In this document: positions 52,466 to 64,000 of the stretch, piece by piece
Layout: every line of letters starts with the position of its first letter
How positions within the stretch are numbered: position 1 is the first letter of the stretch
Assembly: GCA_951406725.2 (NCBI GenBank)
Contig: OX597840.1
Span: 29,388,001 to 29,452,000 of the forward strand
DNA: 64,000 nt
Direction of reading: 5' to 3'
From: Octopus vulgaris
Taxonomy: Eukaryota
Position numbers and translations under genes: made by a program
Notes under the pieces: model-generated
Databases searched by the model: none
Seen by the model: only the letters and a program-made list of their open reading frames with translations
Told to the model about the DNA's origin: nothing

Positions 52466-53026
52466 AATTGTACACACGTACACATCATACAGTATTATTA
52501 TATAAACATACTTAACGCAGACATGAACTTATATATATCATAAAATATACAGCTGGAGACATTTCATTGAAATAAATTCATATTTGTAATGACTTGGAGA
52601 AGAATATATTAGATTCTGACCCTGTATGATTGTGGCCACATCTCTCCAAGTTCACACGAAGCATTGCTTTAACTTACTCAATAATCATAAAGCCATATTG
52701 CATGTAGATATTCCAAAGACATAATTCTCTCTCTCAAAAGTATTGCGTTCAGTATTCAACTCAATGTTGAAATCATATTTTTTTGCTTTGTTTCTGCTTT
52801 ATCAGGAATCGACAATAAAATTGTCTGTCTGTCTGTCTCTCTTGTTTGTCTTGTTTGTCTCCCTGTCTGTGTTTGTGTGTTTGTGTTTGTGTGTGTACAT
52901 TGTATTCGTGTGTTTATGTGTGTGTGTGTGTGTGTGTTTGTCTGTGGTTTTTGTCTATTGGGTTAACGGGTCACCAGTTATTGCTGTGTATATCTGTGTG
53001 TTTGTGTGTGTGTATGTGTGTGTGTG

Positions 53027-53062
<36 letters not shown>

Positions 53063-53432
53063 GTGTGTGTGTATGTGAAAGTGAAAAGAATATAAGACAA
53101 GAAATCATCATCATCATCATCATCATCCCATTGTTGTCGTTAGCATCATCATCATCAACAGCATCAGCAGCAGTAGTAGCAGCATCAGCAGCAGCAACAG
53201 TAGCAGCAGCAGCCGTCCAAGATTTTGAACCTGGAGATTTCCATTTCCAGCAACTTCAAGGGCCACCTCCCAGTGGTGTCGGGCGTTAACGAAGTGTCCT
53301 CGACTACAACAAGACGACCAAAGTTTTTTTTTCCAAGGTCTGGGGTCTCCCAGCCCTAAGCCCTAGACCATCACCTAATCACCCTTACCCCTCTTGTTGC
53401 TTAACAACTACAACAACAACAACAACAACAAT

Positions 53433-53464
<32 letters not shown>

Positions 53465-53504
53465 ACAGCAACGGTAACAGCAACAGTAGCAGCAGCAGAA
53501 GATC

Positions 53505-54265
53505 TTGACTTTTGTCATCATTGTCATCATTACCATCAGCCTTATCATCATCCTCATCATTATCATCGTCATTATCATCATCGTCGTCATCGTCATCACT
53601 ATTATTGTTGTTGTCATCGTTGTTGCCTCTCGTCATCATTATCATCAACTGTTGTCATTGTAGTCATCAGTTTTGTCATTCTTGTTACGATCACCATCAT
53701 CATCACCATCACTACCACCACCATCCTCATCAGTATCATCATCATCTTCATTGTCATCATTATTATCATCATCATTACCACCATAATCATCATCATAATC
53801 ATCATCCTCATCATCATTGTCTTTGTCATCATCAGTCATCATGAGAGTCGTCATTGATATTATCATCAGTGTCATCACCAACATATTCACCATAATCTTA
53901 ATCCTCCTTCTCCTCCACCTCCTCATCATCATCTTCACCATCACTGCCATCGTCGTCCTCATCATCACCACCATCATCTCCATCATAAATCATCGTCATC
54001 ATCATCATCATCACCATCGCTGCCATCATCCTCATCCTCATCATCACCACCATCATCTTCATCATAAATCATGATTGTCACCATCATCCTCTTCACCATC
54101 GCTGCCATCATCGTCCTCCTCCTCATCATCACCACCATCATCTTCATCATAAATCACCTTTATCATCATCCTCTTAACCATCATCATCATCATTATCATC
54201 ATCACTATCATCATCATTATCATCACTATCATCATCACCATCATCTGCCCCATCATCAACATCAC

Positions 54266-54303
<38 letters not shown>

Positions 54304-54364
54304 CTATCATCATCATCATCATCACTATCATCATCACCATCATCTTCCCCATCATCAACATCAC

Positions 54365-54408
<44 letters not shown>

Positions 54409-54541
54409 CTATCGTCATCATCATCATCACTATCATCATCACCATCATCTTCCCCATCATCAACATCACCATCATCACTATCATCACTACCGTCAATATC
54501 ATCATCATCATCATCATCATCGTCATCTTCATCATCATCAA
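53505..54541. repeat. Degenerate (CAT)n tract with ~100-bp internal duplications
   Basis: CCCCATCATCAACATCACC recurs three times between 54247 and 54470. Confidence 0.9.
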
Positions 54542-55679
54542 CAAATTGACACAAAGCTAGCAGAAGGAATTCTTTCCATTAATTTTCCATCAATTTATAG
54601 TTTTGAAGAATTTCTTTTGTCTTTGCATGCAATAAATAATTTTAATTAAAGAAAATCTTTCCTTGAACTCTATTTATGGCACGAAGGAAATTTACCAAAA
54701 ACATTTTCCGTGTACATATCTTTTATGTTTTCTCTTTTACTTGATTTTGGTTACTGGAATGTGGCCAAGCTGGGGCATTTCCTCGAAGATTTCAGCTGAA
54801 CAAATCGACCCTAATACTTTATATTTTTTATTTAAAAGCCTAGTACTTATTCTATCAGTCTCATTTGCTGAACGGCTAGCTTATTGGGATGTAACCAAAC
54901 CAACACCAGTTGTGTTCAGGTGGTGGCTGGGAGACAGGCACATGCACAAATGCAGACATAGATATATACCTATATATATACATATGTATATATATACCAA
55001 TATATATATATACACACATATATACATATACATACATACATATATATCACCGTGAGCACCGTGACCAACAAGGCTATCATATGTTGCTACACATCGCTGG
55101 TCACAATGCACTTCGCATTGTTTTAGCCTTCAAAAGCGAGCAGGCCAACAGAAGAAAGGGTGAGAGAAAGTTGTGGCGAAAGAGTACAACAGGGATCACC
55201 ATCACGTTTTCGCTCGATAAACACTCACAACACCCGGTCTGGGAATCGAAACCGCGATCCTATGACTGTGAGTCCTCTGCCCTAACCACTAGGCCATTGC
55301 CCATATATATATATAACTGATCATTAGACTGTGATTGGCATAATGGAATGGCAGCTTTATTTCCATATTCCAAAAAGTTTCCTGTTAACAAATTTGATAG
55401 ATATATATTTAGATACATATCTTTGTGCATGTGACTTTGTGTCTGTGTTTGTCCTCCCATCAACTCTTGACAACTGGTGTTGGTGTGTTTACATCCCTGT
55501 GGCTTAGCAGTTTGGCAAAAGAAGACCGATAGATTAAGTACTAGGCTTTAAAAAATTAGTCCTGGTATTGATTTGCTCACCTAAAACTCTTCAAGGTGGT
55601 GCTCCAGCATGGCTGCAGTCAAATGACTGAAACAAGCATAAGAATAAAACCATATATATATATAGACAGACATGGGTAT

Positions 55680-55990
55680 GAGTAAGTATTTCACTTATAT
55701 CTCGCGTATTTGCCGCTGAAGAGGAGAAAATTTCTTATGAATTAACCCCGAAATTGGACCAATACGGTAATAACAAATTTTTTAGAAATTTCTATTGGTT
55801 TGTTTCGAGACGCCTAAATTATAATGGTTATTGACAATTCTTATCTTTTTTTCGGCATATTTGGCATTAGAATTTTTCTTTTGCCCTTATCTTGTAAATT
55901 ATTTATAAATTTAACCTTTAAAGGTATTTTTTGATATGCTGGCCATTGATATGCTGGCCATTGATAAAATGTTTTCCCGAAAAATTTTTT
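55680..55990 (+). mobile_element. Copy of the 2895-3460 family with degenerate hammerhead (~55706-55765)
   Basis: Shared GGCATATTTGGCATTAGAA and AACCTTTAAAGGTATT blocks. Confidence 0.55.
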
Positions 55991-56031
55991 AGTCTACATT
56001 AGTTATATATAGACAGACAGACAGATAGATC

Positions 56032-56169
<138 letters not shown>

Positions 56170-56439
56170 GGAGAGATAAATTCACACACACTCATATACA
56201 GAGATTTGATTGTGGACATAAGGCAGTGAGGCAAATAGTGTCTGAGAATTGTATTAAACAAATAAGACGAGAATCTATTAATTGTTAAGCAGCCAAGCTA
56301 TATCTGTCACTAATTAAATTACAAAGATTAATTAGAATTGATTACACAGCATTGATTTCAAGACAACGAGGATATCCTGATTCATATTATATATTCTGTT
56401 AGATACATAAGTGTGCATGTATATATTGATGCATGTATA

Positions 56440-56762
56440 TCATAAGCGGAATGTGTAACCTCTCGAAAGAGCTGTTCTTCACTCCTGCTCCAGAGCGTCG
56501 GCTGCGGGGTCACTCCGAAAGGCTCTATCTGCGACGATTTCATCTCAATCGAAGGAGAGGGGCTTTCTCTGTCCGGGTTGCGGATCCGTGGAATAAGCTG
56601 CTGGACGAGATAGTGAAGATGCCGATGTCTGCTCGGTTCAAAGTCTCCCTTGACCAGATATGGCCTGAACTCTTTCCATGAACACCCTCCTTGTACATAT
56701 CTCCATGTCCCCCTACATGACCTTGCTTTTCGCTTTTTGAGCCAAAAAATTAACTTAACTTA
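56440..56762 (+). mobile_element. CR1-clade LINE 3' end
   Basis: Near-identical to 12969-13280, (TAACT) tail. Confidence 0.9.
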
Positions 56763-57039
56763 TATATACCATCATCAGTATCATTCAACATCCATAGTCC
56801 ATGTTCACATGGGTTCGATGGTTTGACCAAGGCTGGCAAGCTGGAAGGCTGCACCAGACTCCAGTCTGATTTGGCCCTTCCTAATGCCAACCACTCTGAG
56901 AGTATGACCGGTGCTTTTACAAGACACCAGCATCTGCCATGACTGTGATTTTATTTGGCTTTATGGGTCTTGTCAAGCACAGCATAATGCCAAGGGACTC
57001 AGTCTCTTGTTGTTGCCTCTGTGAGGCTCAACCCTTGAT

Positions 57040-57420
57040 CATCATCATCATCATCATCATCGTTTGGCGTCCGCTTTCCATGCTGGCATGGGTTGGACGG
57101 TGCAACTGGGGTCTGGGAAGCCAGAAGGCTGCACCAGGCCCAGTCTGATCTGGCAATGTTTCTACGGCTGGATGCCCTTCCTAACGCCAACCACTACACT
57201 CGTAGTGGGTGCTTTTTAGATGCCATCGGCACAGGTACCAGACAAGGCTGGCAAACCTCCACGATCGGATGGAGCTTTCTACGTGCCACTGGCACGGAGG
57301 TAGTCGGGGCGGCACTGGCAATGGCAACATTCGGATGGTTGTCTTATGTGCCACTGGCACTGGTATCACAGTATCACTGGTATCACAGCTACGATTGATG
57401 TTGATCGATTTTGATTTTGA
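57040..57420 (-). mobile_element. RTE 3'UTR (family B)
   Basis: Family motifs. Confidence 0.7.
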
Positions 57421-57752
57421 TTTTGATGTACATATATATTAAGTTTACCGTAAATGGTCCTTTTACATACTGAACACTGCTTGGTAAAATTATTAATTAC
57501 TAATTAATTAATTAATTTTACCCTTTATTATTATTGACAATATAATTCTCTCCCTGATAATAAACCACAGATTCTTCTGTAGGAATTTGTTGCTCTATAA
57601 CTCATGTGGGTGGACAGGGGAGGATGCGGAGCCTCATTCATATGTTTTGAATTCGTTAGTACTGGATGTTGAAGGGGGTTTGTCTGAGGCTACTCAAATC
57701 AGATGGGTATGTTCGATTTTTAGTGCTCTCAAATTTAAATCTAATGAAATCT

Positions 57753-57833
57753 TTGTGCTGATGATGGGAATGCTAGAATAGGGATGTATTTCTAGCATCT
57801 CTATATCTGACTAACCCAGAAACGCGTTCACAA
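57753..57833 (+). ncRNA. Type I hammerhead ribozyme motif
   Basis: UUGUG CUGAUGA UGGG..CCCA GAA ACGCGU U CACAA; canonical core, palindromic stem III. Confidence 0.8.
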
Positions 57834-58740
57834 GTAATCTATTTTCGAGTGAACTTTCCTTATTTTTACCCCTATGTCTACGTGAATTGTTTTTGAGTAT
57901 ACATTGTCTGGGAGACTTTTCGTATAGTAGGAGAAATAGCTAAATTATTTGCTGCTATTTCTAAAAGTTCGGTATGTGGTAAAGGAAATTTTTTTGCTGA
58001 ACCCTAATTATATAAAGTATATATATATATAAACATATCAAAGGGAAAAGGAAAATTAATTAATTTTTCACTTCCAGTGGCCTAACGTGTAAAAGTTTAG
58101 TCCCAAACGACTATGTATTAGTCATAAAATACAGTGTACATTTAAACCCATGAGGAATCCACTCGTGGGATTCAACACGCTAGAAAGAACAGCTAGGTTC
58201 TATAACCACAAAAATATATTTTTATATATTTTATATACCTATATATTTATATATTACTTTATACTATATTTTTATGTATTTATTTTCTAGGTGTTGTAAT
58301 GTTTTTTTAAAAAATATATATTTCTTAATCGCTAAAGTATTAACATTACATCACACATTTTTCTCGCACTTTCTTATATGCTTGTACAGATGAGTTATGT
58401 TTCATCTTCCGTGATGTCATAGATGTATATTCTATGATTAAATGTTCGAGATATGAAATGTTACGTGGATGACCCTGTATTTGTTTGTTCTGCAACCGTA
58501 GTTTAATAAATATATACATACACATATATACATATACACACACATGTGTATACATATGACATACCTGAACATGTAATTCCACCTGCACCCTTACATACAT
58601 ACATATATACGTAAATACATCATACACACACATACATACACATACATATATTCAATATGGCACCTCCATGCTAGGTCCAACCCATGCTAGCATGGAGAAC
58701 GGACGTTAAACGATGATGATGATATATATATATATATATA

Positions 58741-58966
58741 CCGGAATAAGCACATAAATGTGAAACAAGGTGGAAAAAAGAGTACTCAAATACCAGAGGT
58801 AGTGTAATATGCTTTATTTAAAAGCAGCAGAAATACAACAAAAGGTGTTACTCAGAGTTTCACATTCCCGTTCGTTGGACAGTTTTTTTTTAAGAAGACT
58901 GTCCGATGAACGGGAACGTGAAACTCTGTGTAACAGCTTTTGTTATATTTCCTTTTAAATAAAGTA
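58741..58966. mobile_element. Hairpin element in (TA)n with U4C hammerhead variant (58899-58936 + and mirror copy)
   Basis: CUGU CCGAUGA ACG GGAA CGU GAA ACUC-U-G(U/A)GU A ACAG. Confidence 0.6.
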
Positions 58967-58969
58967 TAT

Positions 58970-59519
<550 letters not shown>

Positions 59520-60154
59520 TATAGATATAGATACGTACATATATATATGTGTGTGTGTGAGTTCTTAGTTATAACCGTCTTTACTTTAGCAATTATACAT
59601 AACGATGTCAACACACTTTTAAACATCACGAAGCTGTGTAATTAATCAAAAGTATGCAACAATTCATTAAAAGTTTCATATTGATCACCCGTTAATTACA
59701 TTTACGATTCTTGTTTTATTTTCATAAATTTGACTACAGAACATCACTATCGTTTAGAATAATTAAACAAAATTAATAATTTAACCCCTCTGATACCAAT
59801 CCACTGGAGGCTGTCTTTAGTTTTATGATAAAAATTTTCTGCTTGTAGACTGATATAAATTAAAATGTTCCATCAAAATTTCATGCCAATTTATTTTTGA
59901 ATTCTTCATATTTTCAAAAATTATTTGAAATTAAGTTAGTGTATTTTAACCAAAATATAACAAATTTGTTAAAGTGATCGAAATTAAAATGTTTCATCCA
60001 AATTTCAGTTTCATTTATGCGTGAAATCTTTATTATTTTAAAGCTTAATGGAAATAAAAGTGGTGTATTTCAACAGAAATATGGTGACAAAAGGGTTAAA
60101 GTGATCTCAGGTAAAACATTCAATCAAAATTTCAGGTTGAATAATGTTTGTATT

Positions 60155-60366
60155 ACTCTTTTACTCTTTTACTTGTTTCAGTCATTTTGACTCTGGCCAT
60201 GCTGGAGCACAGCCTTTAGTCGATCGAACAAATTGACCCCAGGACTTATTCTTTGTAAGCCGAGTACTTATTCAATCGGTCTCTTTTGCCAAACCGCTAA
60301 GTTACGGGGATGCAAACACACCAGTATCAGTTGTCAAGTGATGTTGGGAGAACAAACACAGACACA

Positions 60367-60416
<50 letters not shown>

Positions 60417-60585
60417 TATATACGATGGGCTTCTTTCAGTTTCCATCTATCAAATCCACTCGCAAGGCTTTGATCGGCCCGAGGCTATAGCAGAAGACAC
60501 TTGCCCAAGGTGCCATGCAGTGGGACTGAACCCGGAACCATGTGGTTCGTAAGCAAGCTACTTACCACACAGCCACTCCTACACC
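60155..60585 (-). mobile_element. SINE family A
   Basis: Full length. Confidence 0.85.
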
Positions 60586-60779
60586 TCTTCTTCATTATTT
60601 TCAAAATTAATTGAACGAAAGGCAGTGTATTTCAACAGATATATGGTAACAAAAGGGTTGAAGTGATCTCAATTAAAACATTCCATCAAAATCAATTTTT
60701 AATCTATGCTTGAACCTCTATCTTAATAATGAGAAATTTAATTTACCAAATTCTTTGCGTTAATAGTTTCTAGAATAAC

Positions 60780-61045
60780 GGTATGCAAGCGTTGGACAAA
60801 ACACATTGCTAAAATTGCCAAGAAGGCTGAGGGTGTCTTGGCATCACTCACCAAGTCCTTTGTGAGCCACTCTCCAGCTATCTATCTGAGGCTTTATATA
60901 GCTATGGTGTGTCCTCACCTGTAATTTGCATCACCGGTCTGGAACCCCTATCTTGCCCAGGATATTAATCATCTGGAAGCCGTTCAGTGATGTGCAACCA
61001 AGAGAATACACTCCATCAGGCATTTGCCATATTCTGAATGCCTTG
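60780..61045 (+). mobile_element. CR1-clade ORF2 fragment
   Basis: LRLYIAMVCPHL*FASPVWNPYLAQDINHLEAVQ*CATKRI..LPYSECL. Confidence 0.8.
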
Positions 61046-61219
61046 ACATTTGTACATTACTGCATATGCTTTATACACACTTTCGGCTAGTTGTGGTGCA
61101 CCTGAGCACTGTATACAATAATTTCATTATTATTATTATCATTATAATAGGTGTATAATTACTGATTTCCTTTCTCTTTTTTTGTCATTATTATTATTAT
61201 TATTCAGGGTTGAATAATG

Positions 61220-61540
61220 CTAGCATGGGTTGGACGATTTGACTGAGAGCTGGTGAACCAGATGGCTGCACCAGGCTCCAATCTTGATCTGGCAAAGTTT
61301 CTACAGCTTGATGCCCTTCATAATGCCAACCACTCTGGGAGTGTAGTGGGTGCTTTTATGTGCCACCGGCACGGGGGCCAGTCAGGCGGTACTGGCAACG
61401 ACCTCGCTCAAATGTTTTTTCACGTGCCACCAGCACAAGTACCAGTAAGATGACGCTGGTAACGATCACGCTCGAATGGTGCCTCTTATGTTCCACCAGC
61501 ATAGAAGCCAGTTAGCCGCTCTTGCAATGATCACGCTCTT
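61220..61540 (-). mobile_element. RTE 3'UTR (family B)
   Basis: Matches 41030-41345. Confidence 0.75.
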
Positions 61541-61899
61541 CCTTTGGGATACAAATATGTATATTTAAAAGTGATGGTAAGGAACTGAAATTCAGCTGAG
61601 ACAGTGTTGGCAGAAGAAACTGAGGAATAAAAATGTGACGTCATTAAATTAAAACTTTAAAAATTATTTAAATTTTACCTTTTCTGTCAACTCACCATTT
61701 CTGTCAGTCTGCATCTGTCTGAGACAAATAAATATTGATTATTGGGATTATTGCAATAAAGTTCAATAATCCCATAAGCAAAACCAATGCAATGTCAGTA
61801 TTGACCATTTAAAATATTTAATTTTAGTGTTGTCATAATTTAATCAAATTTTAATGAAGCAGAAGATGAGATGAAAACTTAAAACAACAGCAACAACAG

Positions 61900-62300
61900 T
61901 GGAGGCGCAATGGCCCAATGGTTAGGGCAGCGGACTCACAGTCAGAGGATGGCAGTTTCGATTCCCAAACCGGGTGTTGTGTGTGTTTATTGAGCGAAAA
62001 CACCTAAAGCTCCACGAGGCTCCAGCAGGTGGTGGTGGTGACCCCTGTTGTACTCTTTCGCTCCAACTTTCTCTCACTCTTTCTTCCTGTTTCTTGTCCC
62101 CAACTTCCTACGCAACCGCTGAGCCTGGATGTGCATTCATCCATCCGTCGATGCTCTCGGTGTCGGGGGTTCACCTGCTTTCTCTTCTGCGAGTCTTACG
62201 AATAGCAAAGGACCATGTTTTGGACTTCTACAGACAATCCTGAGGCGCGATCTTGTGAGCTCTGGGACGAAGACTGCTTTGCTCAACAAACAAACAAACA
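61900..62300 (+). mobile_element. SINE family D
   Basis: Matches 18443-18800. Confidence 0.8.
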
Positions 62301-62709
62301 AACGGCAACAACAACAAGAAATAGATGTTCATGTGGTGATATGGATAAGATGTTTGTTTAGCTGTGACAGGTTCAATTCCACTGCATGGCACCACTGAGA
62401 GAACCAGTACTGATGTTTATAGCAGACTGCTATAATGACTATTATTAGCTTCCCAATCGCCATTCTCTTTTTCTTCCTTTATATGAATATAAACTATGTT
62501 TTTTATACATATACCTATTATTTTAAGGAAATCGTTTCCCCCAGAATACTAGGTATTGAACCAGTATTTCTTTGGATGAAACCATCCATTCATAAGGTTA
62601 ATACAACCTCTAATCAAAGTTTATATGTGTGTGTATATATATATATATAGGTATACATGCACACACAATCACACATACACAGATATTTATATATATATAT
62701 ATATATATA

Positions 62710-62996
62710 TTTAATGTAGGATAAAATTTTTTTCGTAAAAAAAAATTTTATCAATGGCCAGCATATTAAAAATACCTTTAAAGGTTAAATTTATGCACAA
62801 CTTATAAATAAGGGCAAATGAAAAAATTTCTAATGCCAAATATGCCGAAAAATTGTCCATATTGTCCATTAACCATATAATTTTTCACAATACACAGCGA
62901 GCGTATTGTGAAAAATTATATGGTTAATGGACAATGTGTCCAATTTTTCGACATATTTGGCATTAGAAATTTTTTCGTTTGCCCTTATTTATAAGT

Positions 62997-63000
<4 letters not shown>
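62710..63000. mobile_element. Hairpin copy of the 2895-3460 family in (TA)n
   Basis: Arms 62798-62892 / 62902-62998. Confidence 0.65.
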
Positions 63001-63045
<45 letters not shown>

Positions 63046-63469
63046 GTGTGTGTGTGTATGTGTGTGTATGTGCGTGTGTGTTTGTGTGCATGTGTCAATG
63101 TCTCATTGTCTTGACGTCATGTGATAATTGTAAACCAGGGTCACTCTCATGCAAACGGAGTCCTTCATTTCCAATCTTCCATGGAAATATGCCTGGTCTT
63201 GAAGAAATAATCCCCTATTTGGAATCAGGTAAGAGTTCACGACAGGAAGGGCATCCACCTGTAGGAAATCTGCCTCAACAAAACTCCATCCAACCCATGC
63301 AAGCAGGAAAACTTAGATGTTAAATAATGATGATGATGATGTTTATGATAAGCTTTTGAGCTATTATTTCTAGCAGACTGAGTAACCAAATAGATGCTAG
63401 CCCATTAGTTTATTAAACAAAATGTTGTTATTGTCATTTAACCCTTGGGTTAGCTCTCTGATCAAAGCA

Positions 63470-63693
63470 TTTACTCTTTTACTTGTTTCAATCATTTGAC
63501 TGCGGCCATGCTGGAGCACCGCCTTTAATCGAGCAAATCGACCCCAGGACTTATTCTTTGTAAGCCTAGTACTTATTCTATTAGGCTACTTTTACCGAAC
63601 CACTAAGTTACGGGGACGTAAACACATCAGCATCGGTTGTCAAGCGATGTTGGGGGGACAAACACACACACACAAACATATACACACACATAC

Positions 63694-63752
<59 letters not shown>

Positions 63753-63930
63753 TACATACATATATACGACGGGCTTCTTTCAGTTTCCGTCTACCAAATC
63801 CACTCACAAGGCTTTGGTCGGCCCGAGGCTGTAGTAGAAGGCACTTGCCCAAGGTGCCATGCAGTGGGACTGAACCCGGAACCATGTAGCTCGTAAGCAA
63901 GCAACTTACCACACAGCCACTCCTACGCCT
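63470..63930 (-). mobile_element. SINE family A
   Basis: Full length. Confidence 0.85.
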
Positions 63931-64000
63931 ATTGATTGCCAATATTTTTTCATTTCTTTTTTACCCTTTCGATACCAACCTGGCTGAAACAGCCTCTGGC

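Overview
AT-rich eukaryotic intergenic/intronic DNA. I found no intact host gene. The very dense (TA)n/(TACA)n/(CAT)n/(TAA)n microsatellites and the SINE/RTE families look like an octopod cephalopod genome (inference). Almost all ORFs in the track are microsatellite or SINE artefacts. Recognisable content: decayed Ty3/Gypsy integrase, a mariner split by a CR1 3' end, a DD37D (maT) transposase, an R4/Dong-like REL element in (TAA)n, RTE fragments (one with three C2H2 fingers), two Penelope-like (PLE) RT fragments, Helitron and piggyBac-type MITEs, several tRNA-derived SINE families, a 270-bp and a 25/26-bp tandem array, and a 28-nt U6 snRNA 3' fragment. The main hidden signal is about two dozen type-I hammerhead-ribozyme-like motifs, read by eye, in short fold-back or tandem elements that mostly sit in (TA)n tracts. 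They have palindromic mini stem III and a panel of core variants, including covariation of the 3-8 pair (C-G, G-C, U-A, U.G), U4C, A6U and GCAA for GAAA. Two lie in ~527 and ~546 nt head-to-tail units resembling retrozymes or non-autonomous PLEs. Coordinates of decayed repeats are approximate.
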